Positions 30,030 through 44,108 are shown, numbered from the stretch's first letter. The stretch is 64,000 bases of DNA from Octopus vulgaris (GCA_951406725.2 OX597835.1:20832001-20896000), one strand, 5' to 3'. Notes: generated by a model from the sequence alone, not told the origin. Program-made: numbers and translations.

Positions 30030-30390
30030 AAGCGTAACCAACTGAGGCTATAGATATTTTCCGACCATCTTATTCTTGGTCTACCCTGTTATCTCGACTG
30101 AAGAATCCGTCATGCAGTTCTTTCCTGCGACATTCTAATAGCATGTCCGTAGTATAGGAGTTGTGACCCCTCAGTACGAAGAAGCAGCGGCTAATCCAGG
30201 AGAGACTCTGATTCAGAGATACGTACTCTGTTCAGTAACATTACTCCAGGCATCCTAAGGAGGAACACTATTTCTGCCGATCATACAATCATACTTTCGC
30301 TCATTACCCAACATTCACGAACATATATGAGGTTTTGACCCGAAAACCGAATTGAAGATAATGAGTTTGGATTTTTGATCAGCTTCTTTT
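30030..30390 (-). mobile_element. RTE-clade LINE ORF C-terminal remnant
   Basis: KSKLIIFNSVF...ECWVMSE...AEIVFLLRMPGVMLLNRVR...PLLLRTEGSQLLYYGHAIRM...GRPRIRW. Confidence 0.8.
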
Positions 30391-31886
30391 CTTATGAGGA
30401 TCAACTTCTGGAGCTGCAGTATGAAAGGAGTTCTTGAAAGAATAAAATAAATGTTTCGGAAGAAAACAGGTATTCGGTAGTGCATGTGTGCGGCAGTACT
30501 TAACTAATTATTCTTAATCTCACAACTTCACACTTACTCTGTGGAATTTTGCAAAAACACCACAGTGCTAAAGATCAATACTGCGGTAACTCCTGCAGAC
30601 AAAAACGCAAGTAGTTATTAACAAATTTCTTAACTTGTAATGAAATCTATCGCATCATGGCCACTCCGTAAAAATACGCAGACCAGGAGTGACTATATTG
30701 GAAGCTTACCCAAAAACGGAAGGAATTCGTCCAATTTGACATAATGGAATGTAACTTGTTAATCGTGGCATTACTTCAATGTAGAACTGCAATTTTATCA
30801 CATCCACAACAAAAATTTGTTATATTACAAATCAACATATTATTAGAGAGTAGCAAAACTATTTTTTTCTTTTTTTTTTTTTTGTACATTCATTTATTAA
30901 CATGCAAACGTTATAATGTACATCATTCGATGTCAGAAGGCAAGCTTATGGCTGCGCAAACCTTAAGCTCATATATGCATATATATGTAATTTAGTAATG
31001 TAATTTACCTAAGGTGAGCCGGGTGGGTTGCATCACGTTTTACTGACATTTACAAATTCTCGAGCCACAGAGTATGTAAAGGTCTGGCACTTAATATTAC
31101 AGTAAATGTTAATTTAGATGTAGTCATTTTCTTCGCTGGTACACTAAACTTGAATAATAAATACTACCCGAGCAGAAAAAAACCTACGTAACCCCTAAAT
31201 ACATTCTCAAATATTCCAACCGCTCCGAGAAATATGAAAAATTTAGTTTTGGAAAATATCACAGTAATTTTAAATATTTCAGGCAATGCGCGATTTTTTC
31301 AAATTAACTCGAAACATTACATGGCGACCCAATGTATGACTTCTGTTAGAAGTTACACTATTAGAAAAGGGTAATAGTATTAGGAACACTAGGAATAACA
31401 TAAACATTTATAGGGAAATATTTGATCTTAAACTTGGAAGTCTACATGGCTATAACGAAGAGCTCTTTCGTTATAGCCGGAAGCAATTCAACCACACAAT
31501 AGTCATAATATTTAATACTATTAAGGCCAAATTTTATTCGACTACATTTAAATTCCTGCAATGATGAAAGCAAATTAGCATGATATAATATGGTTAACAA
31601 TATTAGTAGAAAATATTAATCGTATTTGTCTTACCTCTACGTACATTTACACTTACCATTGCAGTAACAACTACAGTAACATCAATTAAATTAGAGGTAT
31701 AAGCGATAATAACTTTATTTATGGCGCGGAGAATAATTATGACACCAATAATATTATCAAACGTATTAACAATGAAAATTATAATTATTATTATTTCATT
31801 TGTTGGCCGCTAGGGCCCACATATAGGGGACAATGCAGTAGACGTGGACAGTGGTGATTATACACAAAACAATGAGTACACAATTA

Positions 31887-31902
31887 AAATAATAATAATA
31901 AC

Positions 31903-31954
<52 letters not shown>

Positions 31955-31971
31955 TTAATAATAATAATAAT

Positions 31972-32066
<95 letters not shown>
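31887..32066. repeat. (AAT)n microsatellite
   Basis: Directly visible. Confidence 0.95.
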
Positions 32067-32068
<2 letters not shown>

Positions 32069-32469
32069 TCAAACAAGAAGAATATAACATTATTATTATA
32101 TCATCCTGTTTTTGTCTTTTGTGTTGTTGTATGTCTTTTAAAGTAATTTTATGCGAGCCCTTGTGGCCAATAACACAATTAATGATTATTAATAACAACA
32201 ACAACAACAACAATAACAATAATAATAATATAGTACATATATCCAAGTGGAGCGGAATTGGGACGAAGCCACGTGCAATGTAGTCAGTCTCACCCAAAAG
32301 TTAGCTAGAAGGTAGCTATACTTGAAAAGACAAGGACAGGTGCTAAATTATTATATAGTATCCACTATAACTTGATGCTTGTCGAAATCCCAGTTTCGCT
32401 AGGTTGGAGCGTCTACTCTTCTGTGTATATTCTGAAATTGAGAATGTAAAACAAGATATATATAGAGAG

Positions 32470-32822
32470 AGAACGGGACGACACTGCCTAGTGCCAAAGA
32501 TCCCAGCAATGCCATCACGCTTCAGGACCAGCTTCTGCAACAGCCTGGGTTTCAAGGGCCCACAGCTTTTTAATATTCTCCGAAAGAGTCTGAGGAACTT
32601 GCACAAAGTAGATGTAGGGAGGTTTTTAAATCAAAGCTGGACATCTTCCTGTCGGGAGTCCCAGATGAACCTACCTCACGGCAAGAGGTGCAAATGAGAG
32701 TAACTATATCAAACTCCATTCTTCACCAAGTGCCACATATTAGAGGAGGCTCTTCGTAATAACAGTGTAGCACAAAACGGCGGTGCATCAGCATGGCCAC
32801 AGCTCTGAGCTGAAACAAGAAA
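32470..32822 (+). mobile_element. 3' end of CR1-group LINE
   Basis: RTGRHCLVPKIP...NSLGFKGPQLFNILRKSLRNL / FKSKLDIFLSGVPDEPTSRQEV...SNSILHQ, then hairpin tail. Confidence 0.85.
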
Positions 32823-32844
32823 TATATATATATATATATATGGG

Positions 32845-32985
32845 GTGGCTTTCAGTTTACCAAATCTATTCGCGATGATTTGGTTGGTCTGAGTATAGTA
32901 AAAGACACTTGCCCAAGAAGCAACGCAGCGGGCCTGAACCCGGCATAATGTGCTTGGGAAACAAAGTTGTTACCATACACCCACA
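32845..32985 (-). mobile_element. Diverged SINE A 5' half
   Basis: ctttcagtttaccaaatc...gacacttgcccaag...ctgaacccgg. Confidence 0.65.
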
Positions 32986-33491
32986 TTGTATCTATACAAA
33001 ATTTGCATTACAAAAGCTGTTTTAGAACAAAAATACGCTTTGTAATATCAGGTCTCTTAAAATCATACGGAAGCCGTGTCCTCTAACAGTGTCTCTGATT
33101 GGTTAAAATGTTTCTATGAATAAGCACGATCAATCACAACTATGGTATTGACTAAACCAAACACTGAACCGCTAAGCTGCAAGCTGATTGGTTAAAGTTG
33201 TGTTCGTAAGTTTCAGCCTCATGGAGAGTATCGGAAAGTATTTAAAGGTGAAAACCAGTCATTTCACGACATGTGTCAATTGTGATGTGCACTATCTGTC
33301 ATTAATTCTACAAACTGACGATTGTTATAAAAGAAAAAGAGATCAAATTGGAACTAGCTCTAATGTTACAATATGTAATATTCCAAATTAGTAAAAATAC
33401 AAAAACTTGTGAACATCGGTGTGTGTGTCGAAATGTATTTGACTCACAGTGATGCACATGTGTATGCGAAAGTCCGTATATATATATACAT

Positions 33492-33537
<46 letters not shown>

Positions 33538-33651
33538 TAGATATATATACATATATCTATATATATATATATGTATATATATACATACATACATATATAC
33601 ATACATATATATATACATATATATATACATATATATATATATATACATATA

Positions 33652-33691
<40 letters not shown>

Positions 33692-35514
33692 CATATAAAT
33701 ATGGCGGATGTGTTGCATGTATATATGCATGCATGTATGTGTGTATATATATATATAAACAAATGCCTTTATGTGTGTGTGTATTTACATAGATTGATAA
33801 ATAGATACATAGATAGAGAGATACATTCGATTAAGTGTACGTTTACACATTTATGTGTGTCAATGCGTGCTAATGCGTACGCGTGTGTGTGTGTATGCGT
33901 GTGTAAATTGAATGGGATGCGGAAAGGGAGATAGAATGCGGATGGCGGAGTGGTGGCAGCGAGGGACCGAGTCTTCCAGTTCGTATCAATTAGAGATAAT
34001 TTAATTAGTAATATTGTAGTGAAATAACGCATTCGTTTCTGTCAATCACCGTCCGCTAATTCCTCGTTTTGCTGTTCTGCATGAGCAACAGTTCTTTGAC
34101 GGTCGCAATGGTTGTTGTGATGAGGATGAGGATGATGATGATGATGATGTCTGCTACGTATTTTCTTTCTTTTGCTCGTTATCTTTAGAATGAGGACCTG
34201 ATGGATTGATTGAAGGATGGTTGAATGGGTAACGGAGATGAGAAGGACAAAGACGAAGAACAGGAGAACGAGGAGAAGGAGGAGAAGGAGTGTGATGAAG
34301 ATAATAATATTAGTGTGCGGAGCCTGATAATATAAAGACGAACATGGATAGAGGGTAAGAGAGGCGGATTAAGGGATAGACGAAGAGGGAGACAAAGGGA
34401 GGAGTAGATTAATCAGCTGACTTAAGACGAGAAGATAAAGTGTAAGATGCTAATGGAGAAAAAATCTTATGATAATGAGCAAGATGATTGCCGTGATGGC
34501 GTTGTTCTCTCTCAAAATATCTTCTAATTATTGTTTATTTGATTTTTGATTTAATATTTCGCAGGAATGTATTAATAAATTAGATTCTCCTGACCCGATT
34601 TTACGCACACGTGAATATTTGTACATTTACATATATATATATGCATGTGTACATTTGTATATAAGTTTAGGCGTATGTGTTTGTGTGTGTGTGAATATAT
34701 GTCAAACGATTTACATTCATATACATTTGCACAGAAACACGTAAGTAAATATAAACGTAGCAATGTATAAAAAGAGGGGGTGCGAGTGATACAGGGAGCA
34801 AGAAAGAGAGGAAGAAATATAGAAAAATGCGAATAGTATGTATGTATATATACATATATGTTTATGCGTGTGTCTATGTGTTCGTGTCAGTTTGCCTGCG
34901 TATTTATGTATATATGTACATATTATATATAATGTACATTTGTACATGCATATGTATATATGTATGTATATATACATATATATATATCTATATATATATA
35001 TACATATATATATATACATATATATACACACATATATATATATATATATACACATATATATATATATATAAATGTATATATATTTATGTATATGTATGTG
35101 GTGTTTGTGTGATTGCGTGTTTATGATGGACACTATCGTCTGTTTCGCCCTATGAGTCTCAGACAACGCATCTTTCTTTGGCAGTCATAATGGTTATGTC
35201 GAATATCACGTTTAAGTCCCGGCAACGTTTTGCAAAGAAGTATGAGGATTACGGGTCAGTGCAGGTTGTATATTTGCAACCGATTTTCTCCTTTGCTTTG
35301 CACCCCCGAAGCCTTTTAATGTTGGTTGCAACAAAGTGTTTAATACTTGGTCAGAAGTAAAAAAGTCCATGGTGAAGACTACCTATCGATTTTGGGACTC
35401 CGTTAAATAGTTATTACTACTTAGTAATAGTTGACAGATTTACAAAATGACACGAAATGGTCAAGTGTAAAAGTTTAACCTCCGAAACGGTAATAAATTT
35501 TTGCACAAATTATT

Positions 35515-35950
35515 CGCAGGAGTGGCTGTGTGGTAAGTAGTGGGGCAGGAGTGGCTGTGTGGTAAGTAGTTTGCTAACCAACCACATGGTTCCGAGTTCA
35601 GTCCCACTGTGTGGCATCTTGGGCAAGTGTCTTCTGCTATAGCCGCGGGCCGACCAATGCCTTGTGAGTGGATTTGGTAGACGGAAACTGAAAGAAGCCT
35701 GTCGTATATATGTATATTATAAGTGTGTGTGTATATGTTTGTGTGTCTGTGTTTGTCCCCCTAGCATTGCTTGCCAACCGATGCTGGAGTGTTTACGTCC
35801 CCGTCACTTAGCGGTTCGGCAAATGAGACCGATAGAATAAATACTGGGCTTACAAAGAATAAGTCCCGGGGTCGATTTGCTCGACTAAAGGCGGTGCTCC
35901 AGCATGGCCGCAGTCAATGACTGAAACAAGTAAAAGAGTAAAGAGAGTGA
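35515..35950 (+). mobile_element. SINE family A with duplicated 25-bp head
   Basis: gcaggagtggctgtgtggtaagtag occurs twice; inserted inside the Gypsy integrase. Confidence 0.9.
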
Positions 35951-36334
35951 GTTTCGGCATCCCAGACGTGATTGTATCTGATAATGGAACACAATTTGTG
36001 CTTAGTGAATTGAGAACATTTTGCGAAATATTCACAGTAGAACATAAAACGATAGCGACTTATCATCCCAGATCAAACGGAGAGGCAGGGTGTTTTGTGG
36101 ATACTTTTAAAAGTGCTTCGAGAAAATCGAACAAGGAAGTAACAAATGAAGTCGTTCGGCAACAATTCCTAAAGGTATAGAGCATGACACCAAAACCAAA
36201 TACACCAGTAGGAAGCTCACCTGCAGAACAGATGTTCGCGAGGAAGGTGAAAATTAGTTTTTGATAAACTGTTACCTGGTGAGGAAAGAAAAGGTACCAG
36301 GAAGACAATACAAAATTTTAAAAAATCGGTGATA

Positions 36335-36699
36335 ACATGGTTCCGGGTTCAGTCCCACTGCGTGGCACCTTGGGCAAGTGTCTTCTGCTATAGCCTCGGG
36401 CCGTCCAATGCCTTGTGAGTGGATTTGGTAGACGGAAACTTAAAGAAGCCCGTCGTATATATGTATATATGTATATATGTGTGTGTTTGTGTGTCTGTGT
36501 TTGTCCCCCTAGCATTGCTTGACAACCGATGCTGGTGTGTTTACGTCCCCGTAAGTTAGCGGTTCGGTAAAAGAGACCGATAGAATAAGTACTGGGCTTA
36601 CAAAGAATAAGTCCCGGGGTCGATTTGCTCGACTAAAGGCGGTGCTCCAGCATGGCCGCAGTCAAATGACTGAAACAAGTAAAGGAGTAAAAGAGAGAG
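36335..36699 (+). mobile_element. SINE family A, 5'-truncated
   Basis: Starts at acatggttccgggttcagtccc; full tail. Confidence 0.9.
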
Positions 36700-37050
36700 T
36701 TGTTCGTGATGTCGTATAAAAAACGGAAAACTACAGAGTGCATAGTAAAAATGGTGTACGGAAATAAAAGCAGAAGAGGTATTGAAGAAGAATTGAAACC
36801 AATTGCAGATTCATAGAACCTGAACCAGACAGATTAGAAAAACCTATGGATTGGTAGTATGACACATTCCAGGTACCAACAACGTTACAGGTGGTTGAAC
36901 ATACACGTACAAATAGAAGAAAAAAGAACACAGAGTTCCTACAAATAGACCTCAAAAAGAAATCAAGTAGGTAAAAAAAAATGCTAAAAATGGAAGAGGA
37001 GAGAATAAATTCAAATTAGTTCCTTCGCAAAGAAGTAGAGAAAGAAGAAG

Positions 37051-37429
37051 CACTCCGTCGGTTACGACGACGAGGGTTCCGGTTGATCCGAATCAACGGA
37101 ACAGCCTGCTCGTGAAATTAACGTGTAAGTGGCTGAGCACTCCACAGACACGTATACCCTTAACGTAGTTCTCGGGGATATTCAGCGTGACACAGAGAGT
37201 GACAAGGCCGGCCCTTTGAAATACAGCTACAACAGAAACAGGAAGTAAGAGTGAGAGAAAGTTGTGGTGAAAGAGTACAGCAGGGATCACCACCATCCCC
37301 TGCCGGAGAATCGTGGAGCTTTAGGTGTTTTCGCTCAATAAACACTCACAACGCCCGGTCTGGGAATAGAAACCGCGATCCTATGCCGGCGACTCCGCTG
37401 CCCTAACCACTGGGCCATTGCGCCTCCAC
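37051..37429 (-). mobile_element. SINE family C, full length
   Basis: tRNA-like head; (CTT)-like tail; probable TSD aaaga(a/g)gtaga at 37029 and 37431. Confidence 0.9.
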
Positions 37430-37454
37430 TAAAGAGGTAGAATAAAAGGAGAGA

Positions 37455-37690
37455 TGTTGTAGTGAAAATGGTACTCCGCTTCTCACGTGACAAAGTAGTT
37501 GAAGCAGCGACTATGAAGTCAGATAGTAGGTCGTTGTAGGTGGTCTGTTGTAATAGAGTCGTTGTACGAGTTCTCAATTGGAGTCAGTGTCAGTTACCTG
37601 ATATATACGAGTTCGAATTACCGTCAAGGCAGACATTTGAAAGCCATTGTCTTGCGGAGCTCTCAGCTATAGCGCGATAGACGTATTATA
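37455..37690 (+). mobile_element. Probable 3' LTR of the Gypsy remnant
   Basis: Polypurine tract aaaaggagaga directly followed by TGTTGTAG; right end not resolved. Confidence 0.5.
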
Positions 37691-37719
37691 TATAAATGTA
37701 TTATATATATATATTTATA

Positions 37720-37782
<63 letters not shown>

Positions 37783-38009
37783 GACCTGGTGGCCATAACC
37801 CGAATTTACACAACAAATACGGGGTAAACCCAAAACTACAACACACCATGAAGTTTAATTGTAAAATATTATTAACAATTAAGTCTCAGCATAGAAAAAA
37901 AGCCTACATACAAAACAAATATATACGATCAAAAATGAATTAATGCTACACTAGACGTGCAATCAAGATAGTTTTAAAGGTAATATATATAGTTCAGAAA
38001 TTCGGAGTC

Positions 38010-38255
38010 AAAAATCCGGCTTCACCAAATTGATTTGACAAACTTGGATTCGTAACTCTGAATACACAAAATTTTAGTTTCACCAAAATTGGCTTCCCAG
38101 AAACCCTGGCCTCACAAATCTACTTTTCAAAAAATATGCATTCCGAAAATTTGGATTTCATAAAATCTGTCTTCACAAATTCAGTGTTCAAAACATAAGG
38201 ATTCCGAAAATTTAGATTTCATAAAATTTGGTTTCACAAATTCGGTTTTCGAACC
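38010..38255. repeat. Degenerate ~15-bp tandem repeat with 61-bp higher-order duplication
   Basis: Recurring ttc...aaa(a)tt units; ttccgaaaattt(g/a)gatttcataaaat at 38141 and 38202. Confidence 0.65.
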
Positions 38256-38979
38256 TTGGACCTAAACATAAATTGTTAATATTATTAAGTAATTGATAAT
38301 AATAATATGGTGGTTACAGGTATAAAATAGTATTAGATAGGTATAAAATTAAAATTACCATTAAGCATCAGGTCATACAAAGGCGCCTAGTTTGTTAGAA
38401 ATAGGTGTCAAAACCCCAATACAACTACCAATAACAGAAAATATGACAGAAAACAACAGTAATCGGGCAAACGGTTAAAGAATTAAAACATAACATCATA
38501 GATAATGCCACTCGGATATTCGCTTACCATCATTTCGAGTTCTGGCCCTCAGGCCCCAACTCTCATTATCACGATTTACCGAGAGAAAAAAGTGAAAACA
38601 CGTCACGTTGAATTCTGCTAGCGCTCTGATTTGTTTTGCACCAAAAACAGAACTGCCTCAGTGTATATATTAATGTATAAATAATGAGTGAATATTCATA
38701 TGTGAACTCTCAAATATATTTTATTATTGTTAATATATATATATATATGTATACACACATACATACTTACAAACACACATGCACAGGCACAGTGATGCGC
38801 GTGTATATGTGTGCATGTGTGTATGTGTTTATCAGTTTTAGCACTTTCAATACAAGTGCCGAGTGAGAAATTTAGTGAATTTTGTACCATAAATTATGCA
38901 AATAATATATAAGATTATGAAACACTTGTAAACGAATGCAATAAATGTTTATTCTCTCACCTGACTATTTATCTATGAT

Positions 38980-39065
<86 letters not shown>

Positions 39066-39092
39066 ATATAGGTGTGTAAATAGAAAGATGTT

Positions 39093-39337
39093 GAGGCGCG
39101 TGAATTAGTGTTTAGGGTGCCATTATCATGATCATAAGATTGTGGTTTCGATTCCTGGGCCGGGCGACGCGTTGTGTTCTTGAGCAAAACAGTTCATTTC
39201 ACGTTGCTCCAGTCCACTCACCTGGTAAAAATGAGTAACGCTGCGATGGACTGGCGTCCCGTCCAGCAGAGGAACACATACGCCATTGAAACCGAGAAAC
39301 CGGGCCCATGAGCCTGGATAGGCTTTAAAAGGGCGCA
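39093..39337 (+). mobile_element. SINE family D (tRNA head plus V-domain-like segment)
   Basis: ggtttcgattcc B-box; gcgatggactggcgtcccgtccag resembles the recalled V-SINE domain; copy at 49570. Confidence 0.85.
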
Positions 39338-39362
39338 TATATCTTTTATGTTAAATAGATAG

Positions 39363-39559
39363 ATATTTTATAAGCAAAGGCTAAAGAAGGTGTTTCTAAA
39401 GCCAATATACTGAAATCCACGTTTAATCTACTTGCTACAGAAAGTTGAACTGAAATTCGGGCAACTATACCTTTCAACTTTCTGTAGCAAGTAGATTAAA
39501 CGTGGATTTCAGTATATTGGCTTTAGAAAAACCTTCTTTACCCTTTGCTTATAAAATAT
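39363..39559. repeat. Fold-back element with ~87-bp inverted arms
   Basis: 39363-39449 vs 39473-39559. Confidence 0.9.
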
Positions 39560-39689
39560 TTATAATTTTTTAACCGTAAAGGTTCTTTTAATATACTGCC
39601 ACAATTCCTGATGGAGTTTTTTTTTGTAGAGAAAAAGGCTACATCCCTTTTAATAGATGTTGAATAGTGAGATAGATAGAAACATATAC

Positions 39690-39747
<58 letters not shown>

Positions 39748-39795
39748 ACGGCGGTGCATCAGCATGGCCGCAGCTCTGAACTGAAACTAGAGAAA
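39748..39795 (+). mobile_element. Tail-only insertion of the CR1-group LINE
   Basis: acggcggtgcatcagcatggccgcagctctgaactgaaactag matches 32777-32818. Confidence 0.7.
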
Positions 39796-39934
39796 AAAAA
39801 TATATACATCCTACCCATTTCTCTCTTTCTCTCTCTCACTCACACTCACATATGTATACAAAACTATACAGATTCATGTCTTATGTATAGGTTTATACGT
39901 ACATAACGTACACGCACACACACTCACAAACTCC

Positions 39935-40097
39935 CTTCTCGGGATCTTTCTTTCTCCTATGTTTCCGACGAAGAGCACCGCTCGAAACGTTAAACCCTCC
40001 TTCTTCCCTTCTTTCCTGAGCGTCCAATAATACTATATTTGTTCCACGCCCTCGCGTTGTTGTGTTTTTTTGTGTTTTCTTGTTTGGATTAACTTTA
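39935..40097 (+). mobile_element. Penelope-type terminal fragment ending at (TA)n
   Basis: HHR followed by ttcctgagcg...aatac, as at 11675. Confidence 0.6.
39961..39995 (+). ncRNA. Minimal type I hammerhead, variant core CCGACGA
   Basis: GTTT-CCGACGA-A-GAGC-ACC-GCTC-GAAA-CG-TT-AAAC; stems I and II intact. Confidence 0.65.
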
Positions 40098-40649
40098 TAT
40101 ATATATAAATGGGGGATCTGACTGTATAGTTATAATTATATTATATTAAAACATATATATATATATATCCAAGGTAATATAGTAGAGTATATCGTATACA
40201 CATATTTACAGATATATATTTTATATATAATATGTGTATGTGTGTGTGTGTATGTTGTACGTACACGCGCACACACGAGCACAGTCACCCCAATCCCCAC
40301 CCCCGCTTTCGCACACACTCTTATTCGTATATGTGTGTGAAAGTAACAGTATCCGAGAAAAAAAACCTACGTAAATATTGTAAACAAACAAAACAACAAT
40401 TTCTTATCTTGCTTATTTGGTTGGCTAAAAATGATATCAATATAATTTATCAACTTGTCATAATGTCACTCAGCAATAAAAAAAAAAGCAACCCTGGCCC
40501 ACCTCTCCTCGTCTCTCTTGTTTACCGTTCTATGTTTCTGATTTTTCTTATTATTTCATTCATTTTTTCTCACTTTTTCTCTTGTCTTGTTTTTTTGTTT
40601 AGTTAGTTTTTTTTACTTATTCTGGTTATTGTTTCTTTTGTTGCTAGTG

Positions 40650-41192
<543 letters not shown>

Positions 41193-41878
41193 TCCTTTGG
41201 AGTTTTCATACGGAACTTCTTTATTTTTTCATTAATATTTTTGAAGTTCGTTTAATGTTATATTTTGTGTGTATGTTGCTTCTTGGTTATATATATATAT
41301 TTGTTTTTTGTTTTGTAGTGTTTTTGTTCTTTTTGATGTCGTTTCTGTGTTATATTTTCGTATTATCTGTTCATATTAATTCGTTATTTTTTTGTACATT
41401 GTCTTTTTGATAAAACTTGACAAATTATTTCAATGCCCTGCAGACCAACTTGTGATTTCAAGCCATCTTGATTCAGCGGAGATTTAATGGGTTTACAGAT
41501 ACATACATAAATATGTGCTTATGTATGTATGTATGTATGTATGAATGTGTGTATATATGTATGCGTGGGTTTGTCTGTATGTATGTGTTATTGTGTGTTT
41601 GTGTGTGTGTGTATGTGTGTGTTTGTGTAATTGCCGGAAATTATGTATACAACCACTGATAAGGCTGCAGGACTGTAGATAGTAGCTTTGCTACAGAATA
41701 TTATAGTATTATTTAATTCATATATTCACACACATATACCCAGAAAGGAACTCAAACTCATATACGCGCATGCGTACACTGGTACACATGTCATGTATGC
41801 GTGTGCTTGCGTCAGTAAAGATACACACACATACATCCATGTATACATATATATATATAGATATAGATATAGATATAG

Positions 41879-41998
<120 letters not shown>

Positions 41999-42291
41999 GT
42001 ATGTATATATGTATGAAATACACATAGACGGGTCGTGAATCCAAAGTTCAAAGTAAAGCTGAACCATATTTATCTATACATTCAGGGACATAGGGTACTC
42101 TCAAAGATCATGACCGTTGCCCTTCAATTTCTTCTCCCTCTTTATCTACATCATCTTCCTGTCTGTCTCATTTTTTTCCTTCTGCTTGTTTAACAGTGTC
42201 TATCCATTGCTGTCTTCCTCTACCTTTATCTCCTTCTATCACTTTTAACTCTTCCCCCACCCTATACTGATAATCTCTTGATATATATATA

Positions 42292-42686
42292 TCTTTATAT
42301 ATAAAAGAGAGGTTGTGTGCTGTCTGTCTCCTACGATTTAGATTCCTAACTACTCCCACATTTTGCGGTGCAGTTTAACCAAAACCGGGTATCTTATAGT
42401 CGTGATTCATATCGAGCCCTTCTGGGTATTAGCGCGCGTATACGATGAGCCTACAATTTTAAAATAAAATTACCACCAATTTTTCACATTTTTAATGCAT
42501 TTTTGGCATATATAAGGGAAGTAACTCTCTAAAACTTTATTATTAAATCTCAGAACGTAAAAAGCTACAGTAAACCCCACCTTTGTGGTTAGCCATATTG
42601 AGATGGCTATTATACTTTACATCTCTAAAAATGCTTATATAGTTATTTCCCTTACAAACCCGAGCAACGCCGGGCGATACTGCTAG
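42292..42686 (+). mobile_element. Non-autonomous Helitron
   Basis: 5' TC(tttatatataaaa); subterminal hairpin cccgagcaacgccggg; 3' CTAG; inserted between A and T without TSD. Confidence 0.85.
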
Positions 42687-42984
42687 TATATATATATATA
42701 TATATATAATAACAACAACATTGTTTGTTCTAAATATCAATTTCAGCCAACAATGGAAGCCTCAGAGCGTTCGCTCGACCTTGTATCTTTTGTTGCTAAA
42801 TCTCTGTAGATTATACCCTCGTGTTTTAAGAACGAGTTGAAAATGCAGATTGGTGTTATGTGAATAGTGTTAACAATAGTATCTATACTCACGTCCCTGC
42901 AATAGCGTTATCCCTCTTTGGTGTTAAATGCTATTCCTTTCGGGGGATCATGTCTGCTGGGGTTTCTTTGCGATGTGAAAAAAA

Positions 42985-43650
42985 GGCATGAGGGAAGGAG
43001 GCAGACAGAAGGAGAATAACTCACGAGGTGTGGAAGGAGAGGAGTGGAGGAGGGGAGGACGGGGAGGAGTAGCAGGAGGAGGAAAGAATGAAGACAAGGA
43101 AAGTAAGTTAGGAGAGAAGATGACACAGGAAAGGAGGAAAATGAAAAGGGACATAAGTGGGTAGAGTAGAAAAGAAACAGAAACGGGGGAAGGGAGGAGA
43201 GATTGGAGAGGTGGGAGTAGAAGACAAAATGTAGCAGGAGGCGGAGAAGGAAGAGTATGGGAAGACTATAGAAGAGGATGAAGAGGATGAGAGGGAGAAG
43301 AAGAGATGGGGTGGAGGAGAAAAAGTGGGGCGAGAGGAGGAGGGACGCAGAGGGAAGATGTGTGGGAAAAGGAGAAGAGAGGAGGGAGAAGTGAAGGAGG
43401 AGGGAGTTGAGAATGAATTGGAGGAGAAAGAAGAGTGGAAGTGGATTATGAAGAGGAGTGGAGGAGAACGGTGAAGGGCAGGGTAGGACAAGAAGTGAAG
43501 GAGGAAGGGGAGGTTGAAAGGGAGTGGTAGGAGACGAGGTGGAGGAGGGAAGGGGAGGGAAGGGAGATTCGGAGAGGAGGATGAAGGGGCGGGGGTCGAG
43601 GATGATGAAGAGGAGGGGATTCGAGGAGGAGGGTACGAGAGGAAGCGGAT
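42985..43650. repeat. Purine-rich (GA) low-complexity tract
   Basis: Directly visible. Confidence 0.85.
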
Positions 43651-43659
43651 TATGAAGGA

Positions 43660-44108
43660 CCAGGTTCGGTAGATAATGTACAAATGACTACTGTGCATGG
43701 CTGATGTTCAGCCATTTCAAGTAAGGCCCCCGTCTTTTCCAACATGTCTCGCTGACATCTGTTCGTCTTCGAAGTTGGTGTCACATTCCTTGAAGCGTCT
43801 GAACGTTCGTTGCCAGTTCCTGGATGTTACATATCATAATTTTTCTCTTCTGCCGCTGTCCTTGCACTCAATCTATTTTTCTCACAGGAAGCGTAAAATG
43901 ACTCGAGTTGCAACATTTTTCACCATTCATAATCAAAATCAAAGCTGTTAAATAATGAAGAAACAATTGTATATGTTTGAAATGAAAACAAACATTAAAC
44001 AATTCGTCAACGACCAGACAAGTTGTATAACATTAATGATATAACATAGAGATACGTGTTGCCAAAACCATCAGTGAAAATCCAAAACATCGTTTGACTC
44101 AGCCTTAC
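43660..44108 (-). mobile_element. Mariner transposon 5' remnant (transposase HTH region)
   Basis: MVKNVATRVILRFL...LSARTAAEE...WQRTFRRFKECDTNFEDEQMSAR...ALLEMAEHQP; stops and frameshifts. Confidence 0.7.

Larger units (their letters stand above)
35363..37010 (+). mobile_element. Ty3/Gypsy integrase remnant interrupted by two SINE A copies
   Basis: PW*RLPIDFGTPLNSYYYLVIVDRFTK*...LFA | FGIPDVIVSDNGTQF...YHPRSNGEAGCFVDTFK...YRxTP...G.SPAE. Confidence 0.85.

Noticed and set aside
33090-33195. Two ctgattggttaaa (CCAAT-box-like) motifs
   Set aside because: No associated gene start can be supported; such motifs are common in repeat remnants.
37340-37429. tRNA genes at SINE heads (families A-D)
   Set aside because: A/B-box-like heads run into SINE bodies with TSDs; no complete cloverleaf evident.
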